A stretch of DNA of 64,000 nt. Origin: Verrucomicrobiota bacterium. GTDB taxonomy: Bacteria > Verrucomicrobiota > Verrucomicrobiia > Opitutales > Opitutaceae. Below, piece by piece: positions 31,246 to 41,729 of the stretch. The stretch is from the NCBI GenBank assembly GCA_963205455.1, contig CAUJJL010000128.1, forward strand, positions 14,685 through 78,684, read 5' to 3'. Made by a program: the position numbers and the translations under genes. The notes beneath the pieces were generated by a model. It saw only the letters and a list, made by a program, of their open reading frames with translations. It searched no databases and was not told where the DNA came from. Each line of letters begins with the position of its first letter. The stretch's first letter is position 1.

Positions 31246-31490
31246 CGGGTGTTAGGAGTGAAGGCGAGATGACGCTCAGCGGCCTACCGGGCGCGGAATC
31301 ATGGGCAGGCGACAGCGCCGGGATCAAGAGGTGGCAGGTCAATGATGCGGGAAAACGCTTCGTAGCGTGGGTAAGGAGGCTGGTGGCACGGGCCGATACA
31401 GCAGCGGGGGGCGGTGCAGCATGATGGGACAATCGCGAAACGGCGGGAACTGTTGCGATGTGCAGTATGCTGAAATCGTTCAGTGAACGA

Positions 31491-32234
31491 TTAGCCGGGT
31501 GTTGTTGAGCGACGCGAAGAGCGCGCTTGGCCCGGGGGTGAAAGGATTTTTGTGAGCGCCTCGAACCAACGTTGCGCCATTTTCTCTGCCCCGCGAGCAT
31601 TCGGATGCACCTTGTCCGCCACGGTGTCCGCGGCCCAGTCGAATCCAGTTGCTTGATCGACGAGCACAACCCGCTGGTCGCTCCGATCGAGGCGGGCTGC
31701 GAGGCGCGCGAGGGCGTTGTTCAATTCAGGAATATAGGAATATTTCGGCAGTTTTCCCGATGGTATGACCTGAGCCAAGAGGACTGTTACGCGGGGGTTC
31801 GCCGCCCGGAAGTCCGAGATGAGGTGCTCGGTGGCGGCAATGATACCGGGTACGGGATGCTCCTCTTGGCTATGGTTGTGACCACTGTGGAGAAGCACGA
31901 TGTCAGCGGGGTGGGCGCGAAAATGATCCGGTACAGTTTTGGCGAGGGATTCCGTGTTTTTCCCACCGTATCCCTCGTGGGCGAGCGGCCCGGCGCTGCT
32001 TTTGCTGTGCTGGGTGCCCGTGAATTCAACATTGTAGCCTGCGGCGGAAAGCTTTTCCCACAGCGGGTGGCGGTAATTTGAGAAATAATCCGCGCCTGCG
32101 GTTATTGAATCGCCAACCGCCATGAGGCGAACGACGCGAACAGCTTCTGTTGCGTGCAACCGAGGAGCGAAGGTTACGGCTACAAGCAGCAGACTCGCCA
32201 ACGAGTGAATAGAATGGGGGTGGAGGCGAGGCAT
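31491..32234 (-). CDS. SGNH/GDSL-family hydrolase (carbohydrate esterase-like)
   Basis: 247 aa with a signal peptide. Blocks LMAVGDSITAG, HEGYGG, LLHSGHNH, DKVHPN. Confidence 0.8.
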   Translation of the reverse strand: MPRLHPHSIHSLASLLLVAVTFAPRLHATEAVRVVRLMAVGDSITAGADYFSNYRHPLWEKLSAAGYNVEFTGTQHSKSSAGPLAHEGYGGKNTESLAKTVPDHFRAHPADIVLLHSGHNHSQEEHPVPGIIAATEHLISDFRAANPRVTVLLAQVIPSGKLPKYSYIPELNNALARLAARLDRSDQRVVLVDQATGFDWAADTVADKVHPNARGAEKMAQRWFEALTKILSPPGQARSSRRSTTPG

Positions 32235-32511
32235 GGTACGAACGTTGTGGCATCAAAATGAAGGTCGATTCCAAACCTGTCGAAATTGTTCAGTCAGGGG
32301 ATTCAGCGAGCATTTGCTGAGCGATTTCAGTAAATACGGTGTTCCCGGCTGACCATCGGCAGGACATAGCGGGAATGCCCCGATCGATTTGCCATCGGAA
32401 GTGCACCCCAGGATTGTCTGGCCTCCCGGCTGATTGTCATGGGCGCTTTTTCCGGAACGGGTAAGCGCTTGCGGGCAGAAACCCTCATCCACCATCAACC
32501 AGGCTGATCTC

Positions 32512-35166
32512 ATGAAAAGTTTCAATCCCGGCCATTGGGCGCTCGTTCTCTCGCTTTTCCTGTCCATTGGACTCCTGCCCGCCTTTGCCCAAGCCGTGTC
32601 GACGATCCCGGCCGACGAGACGGTGCAGCAGCTCTCGACCTTCGAGGTGCGCAGCAGGAAGGACTCCGCCTACGTGGCCGACAAGTCGGTTGCAACCACT
32701 GGCTTTGCCGCCGAGCTCTCAAAGATTCCCCTCGCGATCGGCGTCGTTACCTCCCAGTTCCTCGAAGACACAGGAGGGGTTGGCTTCAATGGCGTTGCGA
32801 ATTACCAGGCAGCCTTCACCACGGATCAGGGCGGCATGGACAACGGCACCCGCAATTCGGCAGGCATCGACCCGACGGTTGGTGCGGTTACGGGCGGCGA
32901 GCCGCTGCGCATACGCATTCGCGGCCAGCCAATCAACCTCAGTCAGCGCAATGGTCTGCCAATGAAGTTTGGCTTTGGTACCGAGAACGTCGATCGCGTC
33001 GAGGTAGCCCGAGGTCCGATGTCTGTGTTCATTGGCGGCTCCACACTCGGCGGGGTGGTGAACCTTGTCACCGCCAAACCCATGTTTGAACCCGCCTACA
33101 AGTTTGGCGTCCGCCTGGACTCAAACGAGAGCTATCAATTCCGAGCCGATCTCACCGGCCCGATCATCAGGCAAAAGCTCGCTTACCGCCTGATCGCGCA
33201 ATTCAGTGATGACAACACCTGGCGCGACTTCAGCAACTCGACCACGGCTTTCATCAATCCGCAGGTGACATGGCGCCCTTTCCGCAATCTGACGACCCGC
33301 CTGGAGTATGCTCACCGGGACTTGCGCGGCAACATGGTGAGCAACTCGATGCAGTCCACACAGAATTACCAGGCAGACTACGACAATCCTTCTCAGGCGC
33401 TGCTCGACCTCGGCAAGAACCGTACCGGCGCACTTGCCGGCATCCCCTACACCGTAGCCGAATACCGCGCCCGCATCGGACGTACATTTGCCAGCTGGCG
33501 ACTGGACAGGTTCACCGTTGATGGTCGATGGCGTTCGCTTGGCGAGGGTGAGAGCTTCACGGCCGGTGATTGGTCGAGCGGATACGACGCCAATCATTTC
33601 GGCGAACACGACTCATTTTCCACGAAATACGACCTCGTCGAGAGCGAGACCAACTTGATCGTGGCGGATTGGCTCGAAATCCGGCTGTTTGGCCGCTGGG
33701 CAAACCAGCACAGCTACACGACATTCTTCAGCAACGCACTCCGTCGCTATCCCGATGGCAGTACTCCGCTGCTTTCAGCCACCACGACGGCCACGAAGCG
33801 TCAGGAGACTCCGCTCAACGGCAAGATCGAGGCCGTGCTTATGAAGGAACTTTTCAAGATCAACCACAAGCTCCTTGCCGGCTATGAAGCGGCCTACAAC
33901 CAGGCATGGTCGGTCAACCCGACGTTCAACTTTGCCGCCCTTGCACCTGTGACAGCCTCGCCGAATGTCACGGGCTCACCGGCGACCCTCACCGCATCCG
34001 GCATACTTAGTTACTTTGACCCGCGCGTGCATGCGGTGCCGAATTATGAGTCGATCCTCACCTGGGCTGATGAAACCTTGGCTCCAGGTCTGACGGCCCA
34101 GAGCTATTCGCGCATCTTTCCCGAGGCCGGCTACGCTGCCTACAGTGGAAGCTTCTGGCGGGACCGGATCACGGCCTTTGCCGGCTACCGCAATAGTGAG
34201 ATCCAGCAGTCGTCCTGGAATCTCGACCGCAATCGCGCGCGCCTGAATCGATTTCTCAATACAGCCAAGACTTCCACGCAATCCCACACACTTGGGCTCG
34301 TATTCGAGCCCGTCCCTGGCTTCAATTTCTATGTAAGCCGTAACATTGGCACAGATGCCGTGCCCGCCGGATCGCTGATCAACGCCGCCGCTGGATTCAC
34401 CTCACTCGTCACTGCTGAGGAGCGCGCGGCAAACCCGGTTCCGGACCTCGAAGGCACCGGCAATGAGGCGGGGATCAAGGTTGAGCTTTTTGATCGCAGG
34501 CTCATCGGGCGCATCGGTGTCTTCGAACTCTCCCGTCGCAACACGGTCGTCATTGACAATGAGCGCACGGCGAATGACTCGCGCAATGTGGGCACGGCGG
34601 TCGATCCAAATCCCGCTACTCAGAACCTCGCCCAGACGGCCAGGGTCCAGTGGAACCGCACGATTGACGGCAACAAGTCGGCCGGGGTCGAAATCGGTTT
34701 CACCTGGATGCCTAACCGCAACTACACCGCCACGTTTGAAGCGAGCCATCTCTGGACCAACAAGCTCACGCTTTCCAAGCCGCTCGCCGGAACTGCTCCA
34801 ACGGCGGGATCGATGATCGACTATGCCATCCTCAATGGCCGTCCTCTCGACAACACGCCGGACGATACGCTTCGCCTCTGGCAAAAATATAGTTTCACCG
34901 GAGGTCAATTGAATGGCGCCTGGGCTGGCCTGGGCATTCGCTATCAAAGCGACCTCATGCCTCTGGCCAGCAGTTCATCGTGGGGCACCGTGCTTCCAGG
35001 CTGGACAGTGTTCGACGCCGCGTTCGGTTATCGCCTGCAGGTGGCGGGCCGCCCTGTTGATCTCCAGCTCAATGTCGAAAATCTGACCGACAAGCTCTAC
35101 TCCGCCGGCGGCCGTACCTGGTCAAACCCGCGCACCTTCACTTTCTCGGCCACCACGCGCTTCTGA
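32512..35166 (+). CDS. TonB-dependent receptor
   Basis: ORF 32434-35166. Likely ATG at 32512 (MKSFNPGHWALVLSLFLSIGLLPAFAQA signal). Plug region (LSTFEVRS..), barrel, terminal ..SATTRF. Confidence 0.9.
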   Translation: MKSFNPGHWALVLSLFLSIGLLPAFAQAVSTIPADETVQQLSTFEVRSRKDSAYVADKSVATTGFAAELSKIPLAIGVVTSQFLEDTGGVGFNGVANYQAAFTTDQGGMDNGTRNSAGIDPTVGAVTGGEPLRIRIRGQPINLSQRNGLPMKFGFGTENVDRVEVARGPMSVFIGGSTLGGVVNLVTAKPMFEPAYKFGVRLDSNESYQFRADLTGPIIRQKLAYRLIAQFSDDNTWRDFSNSTTAFINPQVTWRPFRNLTTRLEYAHRDLRGNMVSNSMQSTQNYQADYDNPSQALLDLGKNRTGALAGIPYTVAEYRARIGRTFASWRLDRFTVDGRWRSLGEGESFTAGDWSSGYDANHFGEHDSFSTKYDLVESETNLIVADWLEIRLFGRWANQHSYTTFFSNALRRYPDGSTPLLSATTTATKRQETPLNGKIEAVLMKELFKINHKLLAGYEAAYNQAWSVNPTFNFAALAPVTASPNVTGSPATLTASGILSYFDPRVHAVPNYESILTWADETLAPGLTAQSYSRIFPEAGYAAYSGSFWRDRITAFAGYRNSEIQQSSWNLDRNRARLNRFLNTAKTSTQSHTLGLVFEPVPGFNFYVSRNIGTDAVPAGSLINAAAGFTSLVTAEERAANPVPDLEGTGNEAGIKVELFDRRLIGRIGVFELSRRNTVVIDNERTANDSRNVGTAVDPNPATQNLAQTARVQWNRTIDGNKSAGVEIGFTWMPNRNYTATFEASHLWTNKLTLSKPLAGTAPTAGSMIDYAILNGRPLDNTPDDTLRLWQKYSFTGGQLNGAWAGLGIRYQSDLMPLASSSSWGTVLPGWTVFDAAFGYRLQVAGRPVDLQLNVENLTDKLYSAGGRTWSNPRTFTFSATTRF

Positions 35167-35224
35167 TCCCTCCTGCAGGATTCCGCTCTCCACAGCGAGA
35201 GTTTCGCGACCCACGCTGTTTGCC

Positions 35225-37381
35225 ATGCCGATCCTCACGCAGGCTGAATACGTCCTGGGCGATATCCTGGTCCGATATCAGGCACCCACCGACAGGCCCG
35301 ATGCTTGGGGGCTCGTGGTGCTGCCGGCGTACCTGAGGGACAGGACGCGGATGCCGCGGGAGTGGCTGGACACGCCCGCCGTGCGTGGCCTGCCATCGGC
35401 CTGGAAAAGGATTGCCGCCTGGGAGGTTGACCCCCTCGTGCATGCACATGTGACGGGCGACGCCCTGCCCGGCGGCTACGCCCAGGGACGCACACTGCGG
35501 TACTCTTCCACGACACAAGGGCTGGCCGTGCAGGAACATGGATGTGTGGGCGGGGATGGCAGGACCGTGGTGCGAACAATTTTGGTCTCCTCCCAGGGAT
35601 TGCGCTGTGTGCACGAGGTGAGCCACGCCTCGGGAAGCGGCGCGATCGAGATTCGTACCACCGCGGAAAACCGGTCCGAGAAGGCGCTTTCGATCGAATT
35701 CCTTAGCTCATTCTCGCTTGGAGGCATCACGCCTTTCGCTGCCGACGACGCAGCTGGTCGACTCAAGATTCACCGATTTCGCAGCGCCTGGTGCGCAGAA
35801 GGTCGGCTGGAGACGTGCAGTGTTGAGGCTCTGCAGCTCGAGCGTTCATGGACCGGACACGGTGTGCGCTCGGAACGATTCGGCCAGGCGGGCTCGTTGC
35901 CGGCAAACGGTTGGTTTCCCTTTGTAGGCATTGAAGATACGACGGCAGGTGTCACGTGGGCTGCGCAGATCGCCTCGCCTGCGACCTGGCACTTGGAGAT
36001 CAGTCGACGAGCCGATCAGGTAGCTCTATCCGGCGGTGGTGCTGACCGCCTGCTCGGCGAATGGCGCAAGGTGCTCGCACCCGGTGAGAGCTTCTCTGCT
36101 CCACCGGCATGGGTCACGGTGATCGAAGGTGGGCTTGAGGCAGCCGGCAGTCGCATGGTGACTGAACATCGGAGACGCGCCGCGGCCCGGCCTCCGGGAG
36201 AGGACGACATGCCTGTTGTCTTCAACGAGTGGTGTACCTCCTGGGGACAGCCGACACACGAGAAGCTCGCGCTACTGGCGGCCAAGCTTTCCGGATCGGG
36301 CGTGAAATACCTCGTCATCGACGACGGCTGGGCCGAGCGGGTGGGCGACAAGTTTCAGCAGAATGGAGACTGGCGCGTGAACCGAAAAGCGTTCCCGGGC
36401 GGTTTACGAGTGACGGCTGATGCCATTCGCGCCCACGGATTGGTGCCGGGCCTTTGGTTCGAGTTCGAGGCGGTGAACCCCGGATCCGATGCCTGGTCAG
36501 AAACGTCTCACCAGTTGCACCGGGATGGTGTCCCGTTGCAGGTAGGGCCTCGACGCTTCTGGGATTTTCGTGATCCGTGGGTGCATGATTATCTCGCCGA
36601 CCGCGTCTTGGCCCGTCTGCGTGACGACGGCTTTGGATACCTCAAGGTCGATTGCAATGATTCCACCGGGCCCGGTGTGGACGGTCCGGAGTCACCGGGA
36701 GAAAACCTTCGTCAGCATATTGCCGGAGTGCAGCGGTTCTTGGAACGCCTTCGTTCGGAGCTGCCCGGATTGGTAATCGAAAACTGCTCTTCTGGCGGCC
36801 ACCGGCTTGAGCCTTCCATGCTGGCCCTGACGGCGATGAGTTCGATCTCCGATGCCCACGAAACGCCCGACCTCCCGATCATCGCTGCCAATTTGAATTC
36901 GCTTGTCTGGTCCGCGCAAAAGCAGATCTGGGTCGTGGTGCGGCGCGGAGATACCGTACAGCGCCTGGCTTATTCGCTTGCTGCGAGCTTCCTCGGGAGG
37001 ATGTGCCTGTCCGGCGGCATCCAGGTGCTCGACGAAACGGCCTTACGCTTCTTATGCGAGGCCATGGATTTCTATCGCGAGGTGGCGCCGGTCATCCGTG
37101 ACGGAGAGTTCCGGTGCAGGAGAAACATCGGTGAATCTTACCAGCATCCGACCGGTTGGCAGGTGGTGACCGTGGAGGCTGGACACCAGCTTCTAGTCGT
37201 GTGGCATCGGTTTGGCGGTGCTGCTTCTGACATGGAAATCCATCTGCCCGGTACACACCGTTGGCGTGTGAAGCGGATATTGAACCCGGAGACCGACATG
37301 CCGATAATCTCCGAAAGCAACCTGATTTGGCGAAATGACACCGAATGGTCCGGAAACGTACTGTTGCTCGTGCAGTCCTGA
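35225..37381 (+). CDS. GH36-like alpha-galactosidase family protein
   Basis: 718 aa. VVFNEWCTSWG, KYLVIDDGWA, GLWFEFE, YLKVDCND and ENCSSGGHR match the GH36 catalytic (beta/alpha)8 pattern. Confidence 0.8.
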   Translation: MPILTQAEYVLGDILVRYQAPTDRPDAWGLVVLPAYLRDRTRMPREWLDTPAVRGLPSAWKRIAAWEVDPLVHAHVTGDALPGGYAQGRTLRYSSTTQGLAVQEHGCVGGDGRTVVRTILVSSQGLRCVHEVSHASGSGAIEIRTTAENRSEKALSIEFLSSFSLGGITPFAADDAAGRLKIHRFRSAWCAEGRLETCSVEALQLERSWTGHGVRSERFGQAGSLPANGWFPFVGIEDTTAGVTWAAQIASPATWHLEISRRADQVALSGGGADRLLGEWRKVLAPGESFSAPPAWVTVIEGGLEAAGSRMVTEHRRRAAARPPGEDDMPVVFNEWCTSWGQPTHEKLALLAAKLSGSGVKYLVIDDGWAERVGDKFQQNGDWRVNRKAFPGGLRVTADAIRAHGLVPGLWFEFEAVNPGSDAWSETSHQLHRDGVPLQVGPRRFWDFRDPWVHDYLADRVLARLRDDGFGYLKVDCNDSTGPGVDGPESPGENLRQHIAGVQRFLERLRSELPGLVIENCSSGGHRLEPSMLALTAMSSISDAHETPDLPIIAANLNSLVWSAQKQIWVVVRRGDTVQRLAYSLAASFLGRMCLSGGIQVLDETALRFLCEAMDFYREVAPVIRDGEFRCRRNIGESYQHPTGWQVVTVEAGHQLLVVWHRFGGAASDMEIHLPGTHRWRVKRILNPETDMPIISESNLIWRNDTEWSGNVLLLVQS

Positions 37382-37408
37382 TGCCCCTGTACGCGTCACG
37401 CCTACCCT

Positions 37409-38185
37409 TCAAGTCGGCGAATCCAAGTAGTCGTGCACGACTTCGCCGGGGACGAGGGTGAATTCACCTTTCCAGAAGTAACCGGGGCCTGTTTCCACGA
37501 CGGGCAGGAGGTGGAGGGGCGCCTGCATGTTCGGACGGATCTCGACGGAGCAGGGATCCGACCAGCATTCGCCGAGCTTCACTTCCGAGAGGCGGCGGCT
37601 GGTGATCTGACGGATGGCGGGGCGTCCGTCGATGTGGTGGATGACCTTGTAGTTGAGGTTGAGCGCAAAATCAAAGGCGAGGCGCTTCAGGTCGGCGAGG
37701 TCGCCGCGGTGCTGTTTGTACACCATCGTGCCGGTGAGTACATCGATTCCGTTTCGCTCGAGCACGCCCACCACGAGATCACCACGTGCCTCAACCCGCG
37801 GGTTGGCCCACTTCTTCGGCTGGCCATGGACCTCGCGCCCTTGCGCGAGTCCGCCGTCCGAATTGAGAAAAAGGAACGGTGAGAAGCCTCCCCGGGCGCG
37901 ACCGGGAAGCTCCGCGCCGAGCATGACGTTGCATTCCCCGTAGCGACCGAGCCACTCGACGTCGCCCATGTTGTAAAGATGAACGAGCACCCAGTCACTG
38001 ATAGGCACGAGCGGCTCGGGCATGAGCCGACGGATGGCCGCGGGTGTCGAACGATAGGCGAGCGTGAGAACGGTGACGTCACGAAACGTGAACGGAAACG
38101 ATGCCGACAGCGGCGCTGCGAGCGGTGTGCTCCACGCGTTCAGCGGATCAGCGAGGTAACCAGGAGGAAATGAGGAGTCTGACAT
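37409..38185 (-). CDS. Acetoacetate decarboxylase (ADC)-family protein
   Basis: 258 aa. ADC-family pattern FPFTFRDVTVLTLAYRSTPAAIRRLMPEPL .. GREVHGQPKKWA. Confidence 0.8.
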   Translation of the reverse strand: MSDSSFPPGYLADPLNAWSTPLAAPLSASFPFTFRDVTVLTLAYRSTPAAIRRLMPEPLVPISDWVLVHLYNMGDVEWLGRYGECNVMLGAELPGRARGGFSPFLFLNSDGGLAQGREVHGQPKKWANPRVEARGDLVVGVLERNGIDVLTGTMVYKQHRGDLADLKRLAFDFALNLNYKVIHHIDGRPAIRQITSRRLSEVKLGECWSDPCSVEIRPNMQAPLHLLPVVETGPGYFWKGEFTLVPGEVVHDYLDSPT

Positions 38186-38190
38186 GGAGG

Positions 38191-39315
38191 TTAGATGCGA
38201 TAACGTTCGACAACCGACTCGCGCACGGTGACTCCGAGTCCGGGAGTGTCCCTTACGGCGATCGCGCCGTTGACGACCTGCCAGGGGTCATCGACGAGTT
38301 CGTGCTGCATGGGATTGGGGCGTGGCTTGTGATCAAAGGTGAGCCCGTTGGAGGTGGCCGCCTGCACCGCGATGCCGGCTGCGGTGCAGAGTGCGCTGCT
38401 CCAGGTGTGCAGGGTGTAGGGTTTGTTCTGCGATTCGAGCATCCGGGCGATGGCAACGGTTCCAGTGATGCCCTGGCACCTGGCCGGATCCATTTGCACG
38501 ATGTCGGCAGCACCGTAGCGAAGCAGGCGGCGGTAACCTTCGATATTCCATTCCTGTTCGCCAGTTCCGATGTGCTGGTCGACCTGGGCGCGAAGAGCGA
38601 CATGGCCTTCGAGGTCGGTCGGCGACAGGGGCTCCTCGATCCAGCGCAGGCGGAAGGGCGCAAAATCGCGGCAGCGTTGAACGGCGGTCTTCACATCCCA
38701 GCGCGTGCGTGCCGCGAGGGCATCGACGACGAGATAGACCTTGTCGCCGATGGCGGCGCGGCAGGCGGACACCAGGGCGATGTCGCGTTCACGATCCTGT
38801 CCGAAGACGTTGTCCGGCCGCGAGCCCCAGCCACCCTTGACGTAGCGGTAGCCTTCCGCGGCAAAGGCGCGAAACTCGTCGAGATTCCACTCGAAGCGAT
38901 CGAGATCGAAATGAATGCAGGCGCAGGGCACCACCTGGTCACGCACCTTGCCCCCGAGGAGCGACCAGACGGGTTGCCCCAGGATTCGGCCTTTCAGATC
39001 CCACAGGGCGATATCAACCGCACTCAGCGCGAGCGCGGCAATGCCCTGGGGGCCATACCACCAGACGTGACGACGGAGCCGGTCATGAATTCCGAGGACG
39101 TTCAGCGGATCCTGCCCGATGACGAGCGGGGCGAAGTCCTCCGTCACGACAGCCTCCGTGGCTCGGCACGCGCCGATGAACATCGTGATGGCCTCGCCCC
39201 ACCCGACGTGGCCGCTGTCGGTTTCAATCCGCACAAGCGTCAGCAGGCGCGGCCGATTGTGGTCGTGAGGTTCGGGATAGCGAACGGTGACAGGACGGAC
39301 GGAGATGATTTTCAC
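38191..39315 (-). CDS. Enolase-superfamily (mandelate racemase/muconate lactonizing) sugar-acid dehydratase-like enzyme
   Basis: 374 aa. Metal-ligand series ..VVDAL.., ..WIEEP.., ..TGEQEW.. in the expected order. Confidence 0.85.
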   Translation of the reverse strand: MKIISVRPVTVRYPEPHDHNRPRLLTLVRIETDSGHVGWGEAITMFIGACRATEAVVTEDFAPLVIGQDPLNVLGIHDRLRRHVWWYGPQGIAALALSAVDIALWDLKGRILGQPVWSLLGGKVRDQVVPCACIHFDLDRFEWNLDEFRAFAAEGYRYVKGGWGSRPDNVFGQDRERDIALVSACRAAIGDKVYLVVDALAARTRWDVKTAVQRCRDFAPFRLRWIEEPLSPTDLEGHVALRAQVDQHIGTGEQEWNIEGYRRLLRYGAADIVQMDPARCQGITGTVAIARMLESQNKPYTLHTWSSALCTAAGIAVQAATSNGLTFDHKPRPNPMQHELVDDPWQVVNGAIAVRDTPGLGVTVRESVVERYRI

Positions 39316-39324
39316 GGGAAAGTG

Positions 39325-40149
39325 TCAGCAAGTATGCTGGAAGCCGCCGCAGACATTGATGGTTTGTCCGGTGATGAAGCCGCCGCGATCGCTCGCGAGG
39401 AAAGTGATGAGATCGGCGACGTCATCCGGCGTGCCGAGGCGTCGCAGCGGCGTGGCCTGGGTCCAGCCTGCGACAAGATCGGTGGAGGTCTTGCCCGTCA
39501 GTGTCGCGAGTTCCCGGAAACTTTCCTCCCACAGAGGCGTGAGCACGACCGCAGGGCAGACGGTGTTGCAGGTGACGTTTCGAGGACCGTAGGCGAGGGC
39601 GAGCGATTCCGACACGCTGGCGACTGCGGCTTTGGCGGCCGCGTAGTGCGCTGAGAGGGCGCGTCCCTTGCGGCCGGCATTGGAGCCAAGATTGACGATT
39701 CGCGCACCGCGCTTGGAATCCACACGCTCCGCGAAAGCCGTCCCGAGGAAAAACAAGGCACGAAGGTCGATCTCGAGCACTTCGTCCCACTCCTCCGCGG
39801 TGATGGCCGCCGGCTTGTTGAAGTGGCAGACGCCCGCGGAATTGACGAGCACGTCGAGGGGCGTGCCGAACGAGGCGGCCTCGGCGATGACGCGTTCCGC
39901 GGCGTCCGCGGGGCGCAGGTCGGCCACGATCGTGCGATGGGCGGGTGCGCCCGCGGGAGGCGCCGGGAGTGCGGCCATCGCTTCGGCAAGCCTGACGGCG
40001 TTGCGATCAATGCCGATGACGCGCGCGCCGCCGGCTGCAAATTGCCTTGCGGAGGCGAGACCGAAGCCGCTGCCAGCGCCGGTGATGACGACGGTGCGAC
40101 CGGTGAAATCGTAGGGACAGAGGGATGCCATGGAGTGAAACTCAACCAA
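39325..40149 (-). CDS. SDR-family oxidoreductase
   Basis: 274 aa. VVITGAGSGFG cofactor motif and YAAAKAA catalytic YxxxK. The alternative ATG at 40131 would remove the 8-nt overlap with the upstream gene. Confidence 0.85.
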   Translation of the reverse strand: MVEFHSMASLCPYDFTGRTVVITGAGSGFGLASARQFAAGGARVIGIDRNAVRLAEAMAALPAPPAGAPAHRTIVADLRPADAAERVIAEAASFGTPLDVLVNSAGVCHFNKPAAITAEEWDEVLEIDLRALFFLGTAFAERVDSKRGARIVNLGSNAGRKGRALSAHYAAAKAAVASVSESLALAYGPRNVTCNTVCPAVVLTPLWEESFRELATLTGKTSTDLVAGWTQATPLRRLGTPDDVADLITFLASDRGGFITGQTINVCGGFQHTC

Positions 40150-40951
40150 TCACGAGCGACGGATGCCGCTGGGCTACCGCGGGATCGTAGAGTGGCAAGA
40201 TCAGATCGCTTTCGCGCGAAACGCGAGCGTAGAGGCGATGGTGCTCCTCGATCGATTCCGAGAGGCCGAGCGGGATGCGCTCCTCGTGGTTGCGGTAGTG
40301 GAAGATCGCATCGGTGAGTGCGACGCGTCCCGCGGCGGTCGGCACGATGAAGCACATGCTCGAGCGGTGATGTGCACCGCAGAACCATGCACGAATCCCG
40401 GGAAGGGGTTCGCTGGTTTCATCCGGTAGAAACGAAAGGCGGGGCGCGGCGTCGAAGATGAGATGACGGAGGACGTCGGGCGGAAAGATGATGTCGCGTG
40501 GCAGTTGAGGCACCTCGGGATCCGGGGCGTGGAAATCAAGCCAGCCTCGACGGGAGAGGTGAATCCGGGCGTTGGGAAATTGATCGAGGCCGCCCGTGGC
40601 GTAGGAGGTGAGTGGAGTCACAAGCACATCGGTGATGCTCTCCGGCTCCATGCCGCGTGCGCGCAGGGAGGGGACGATGCGTTGCTGCGCGCTCACGACC
40701 GGAATGTGTCCGACCTCGCCTGTGGCCGCCTTTGCCCAGGTTGTCCAGTGGTCATGCAGGCGCTGGAAGGCGGGACCCGAGGGAAAGCCCGTGTTGAGCA
40801 GCGCGCGCCGCCCATTGCCTTCGATGAGAAATGCCCAGAAGGTGAGCGGCAGCCAGCCCGCGAGTTGGGTCATCCAGAAAACCTCGGCTGCGGGAACGCG
40901 GGTTTCGCCCATGGCGAGCGCGGTGATGCGATAGGTTGGGGAAGGGCTCAT
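40142..40951 (-). CDS. MBL-fold-like protein lacking the canonical HxHxDH motif (lactonase-like position in the operon)
   Basis: ORF 40142-41011. Likely ATG at 40951 (MSPSPTYRITAL..). The layout resembles AHL-lactonase-type MBL proteins. Where HxHxDHxGG is expected the sequence reads VLVTPLTSYATGGL. Confidence 0.45.
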   Translation of the reverse strand: MSPSPTYRITALAMGETRVPAAEVFWMTQLAGWLPLTFWAFLIEGNGRRALLNTGFPSGPAFQRLHDHWTTWAKAATGEVGHIPVVSAQQRIVPSLRARGMEPESITDVLVTPLTSYATGGLDQFPNARIHLSRRGWLDFHAPDPEVPQLPRDIIFPPDVLRHLIFDAAPRLSFLPDETSEPLPGIRAWFCGAHHRSSMCFIVPTAAGRVALTDAIFHYRNHEERIPLGLSESIEEHHRLYARVSRESDLILPLYDPAVAQRHPSLVIG

Positions 40952-40964
40952 GGCGGAAGTGGAC

Positions 40965-41729
40965 TCAGAGCTGGGCATTCCAACCGCCGTCGACGGAGAT
41001 CGTGGCTCCATTCACATAGGCGGATTCGACGGCGGTGAGGAAACGGACTGCGGACTTGATGTCGCCCGGGGTGCCAAGTCGCCCGACCGGACAGTGCGCT
41101 TTCAGCCACGGCTCGACGGCCCGGCGGTCACGTGAGGCTGCGTCGTTGATGTCGGTATGCATCCAGCCGGGTGCGATGCAATTGACCGTGATGCCGTATT
41201 GGGCGAGTTCGAGGGCCATGCCGAGTGCGAGCAGTTGAAGACCGCCCTTGGTCGCGCAGTAATGGGTCTGCGTGGAGTTGGAGCGGAATGCGCCCACACT
41301 GGTGGTGAAAACGATCCGTCCGCCGGTGCCCTGGTCCTTCATGACATGAGCGGCTTCCTGGCCGACGTAGAAACCGCCATCGAAATTGATGGCGCGATGC
41401 CGTTGCCATTCCTCGTCGGTGATGTCGAGAAAGGGAGCGAAGCGGCAGATGCCCGCGTTGCTCACCACGATGTCCAGTCCGCCGAGCAGTGCAGCCGCCG
41501 CCTGCACGGCGCCGCGCGCTGAAACCGGCTCGGCCACATCGGCATCGATGGCATGAATGCGGCCGGGATATCGCTCGCCGAGGCGCTTGACCTCGGCATC
41601 GGCCTTGGCGACGTCGCGATGGTGGTTGATGACCACGGCGCAGCCTGCCTCAAGCAGTGCCTCAGCCGCAGCGAGGCCGAGTCCGCGTGAACCGCCGGTG
41701 ATGAAGGCGCGTTTTCCGAAGGGAGTCAT
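40965..41729 (-). CDS. SDR-family oxidoreductase
   Basis: 254 aa. AFITGGSRGLGLA cofactor motif, NAG, YCATKGG (YxxxK). Confidence 0.85.
   Translation of the reverse strand: MTPFGKRAFITGGSRGLGLAAAEALLEAGCAVVINHHRDVAKADAEVKRLGERYPGRIHAIDADVAEPVSARGAVQAAAALLGGLDIVVSNAGICRFAPFLDITDEEWQRHRAINFDGGFYVGQEAAHVMKDQGTGGRIVFTTSVGAFRSNSTQTHYCATKGGLQLLALGMALELAQYGITVNCIAPGWMHTDINDAASRDRRAVEPWLKAHCPVGRLGTPGDIKSAVRFLTAVESAYVNGATISVDGGWNAQL

Noticed and set aside
38101-39654. 517-aa plus-strand ORF opposite the enolase-superfamily and SDR genes. Similar antisense ORFs occur at 4501-5730, 29353-30390 and 39498-40388.
   Set aside because: The composition is biased (G/A/R/D) with no motifs. The opposite-strand genes have clear family signatures.
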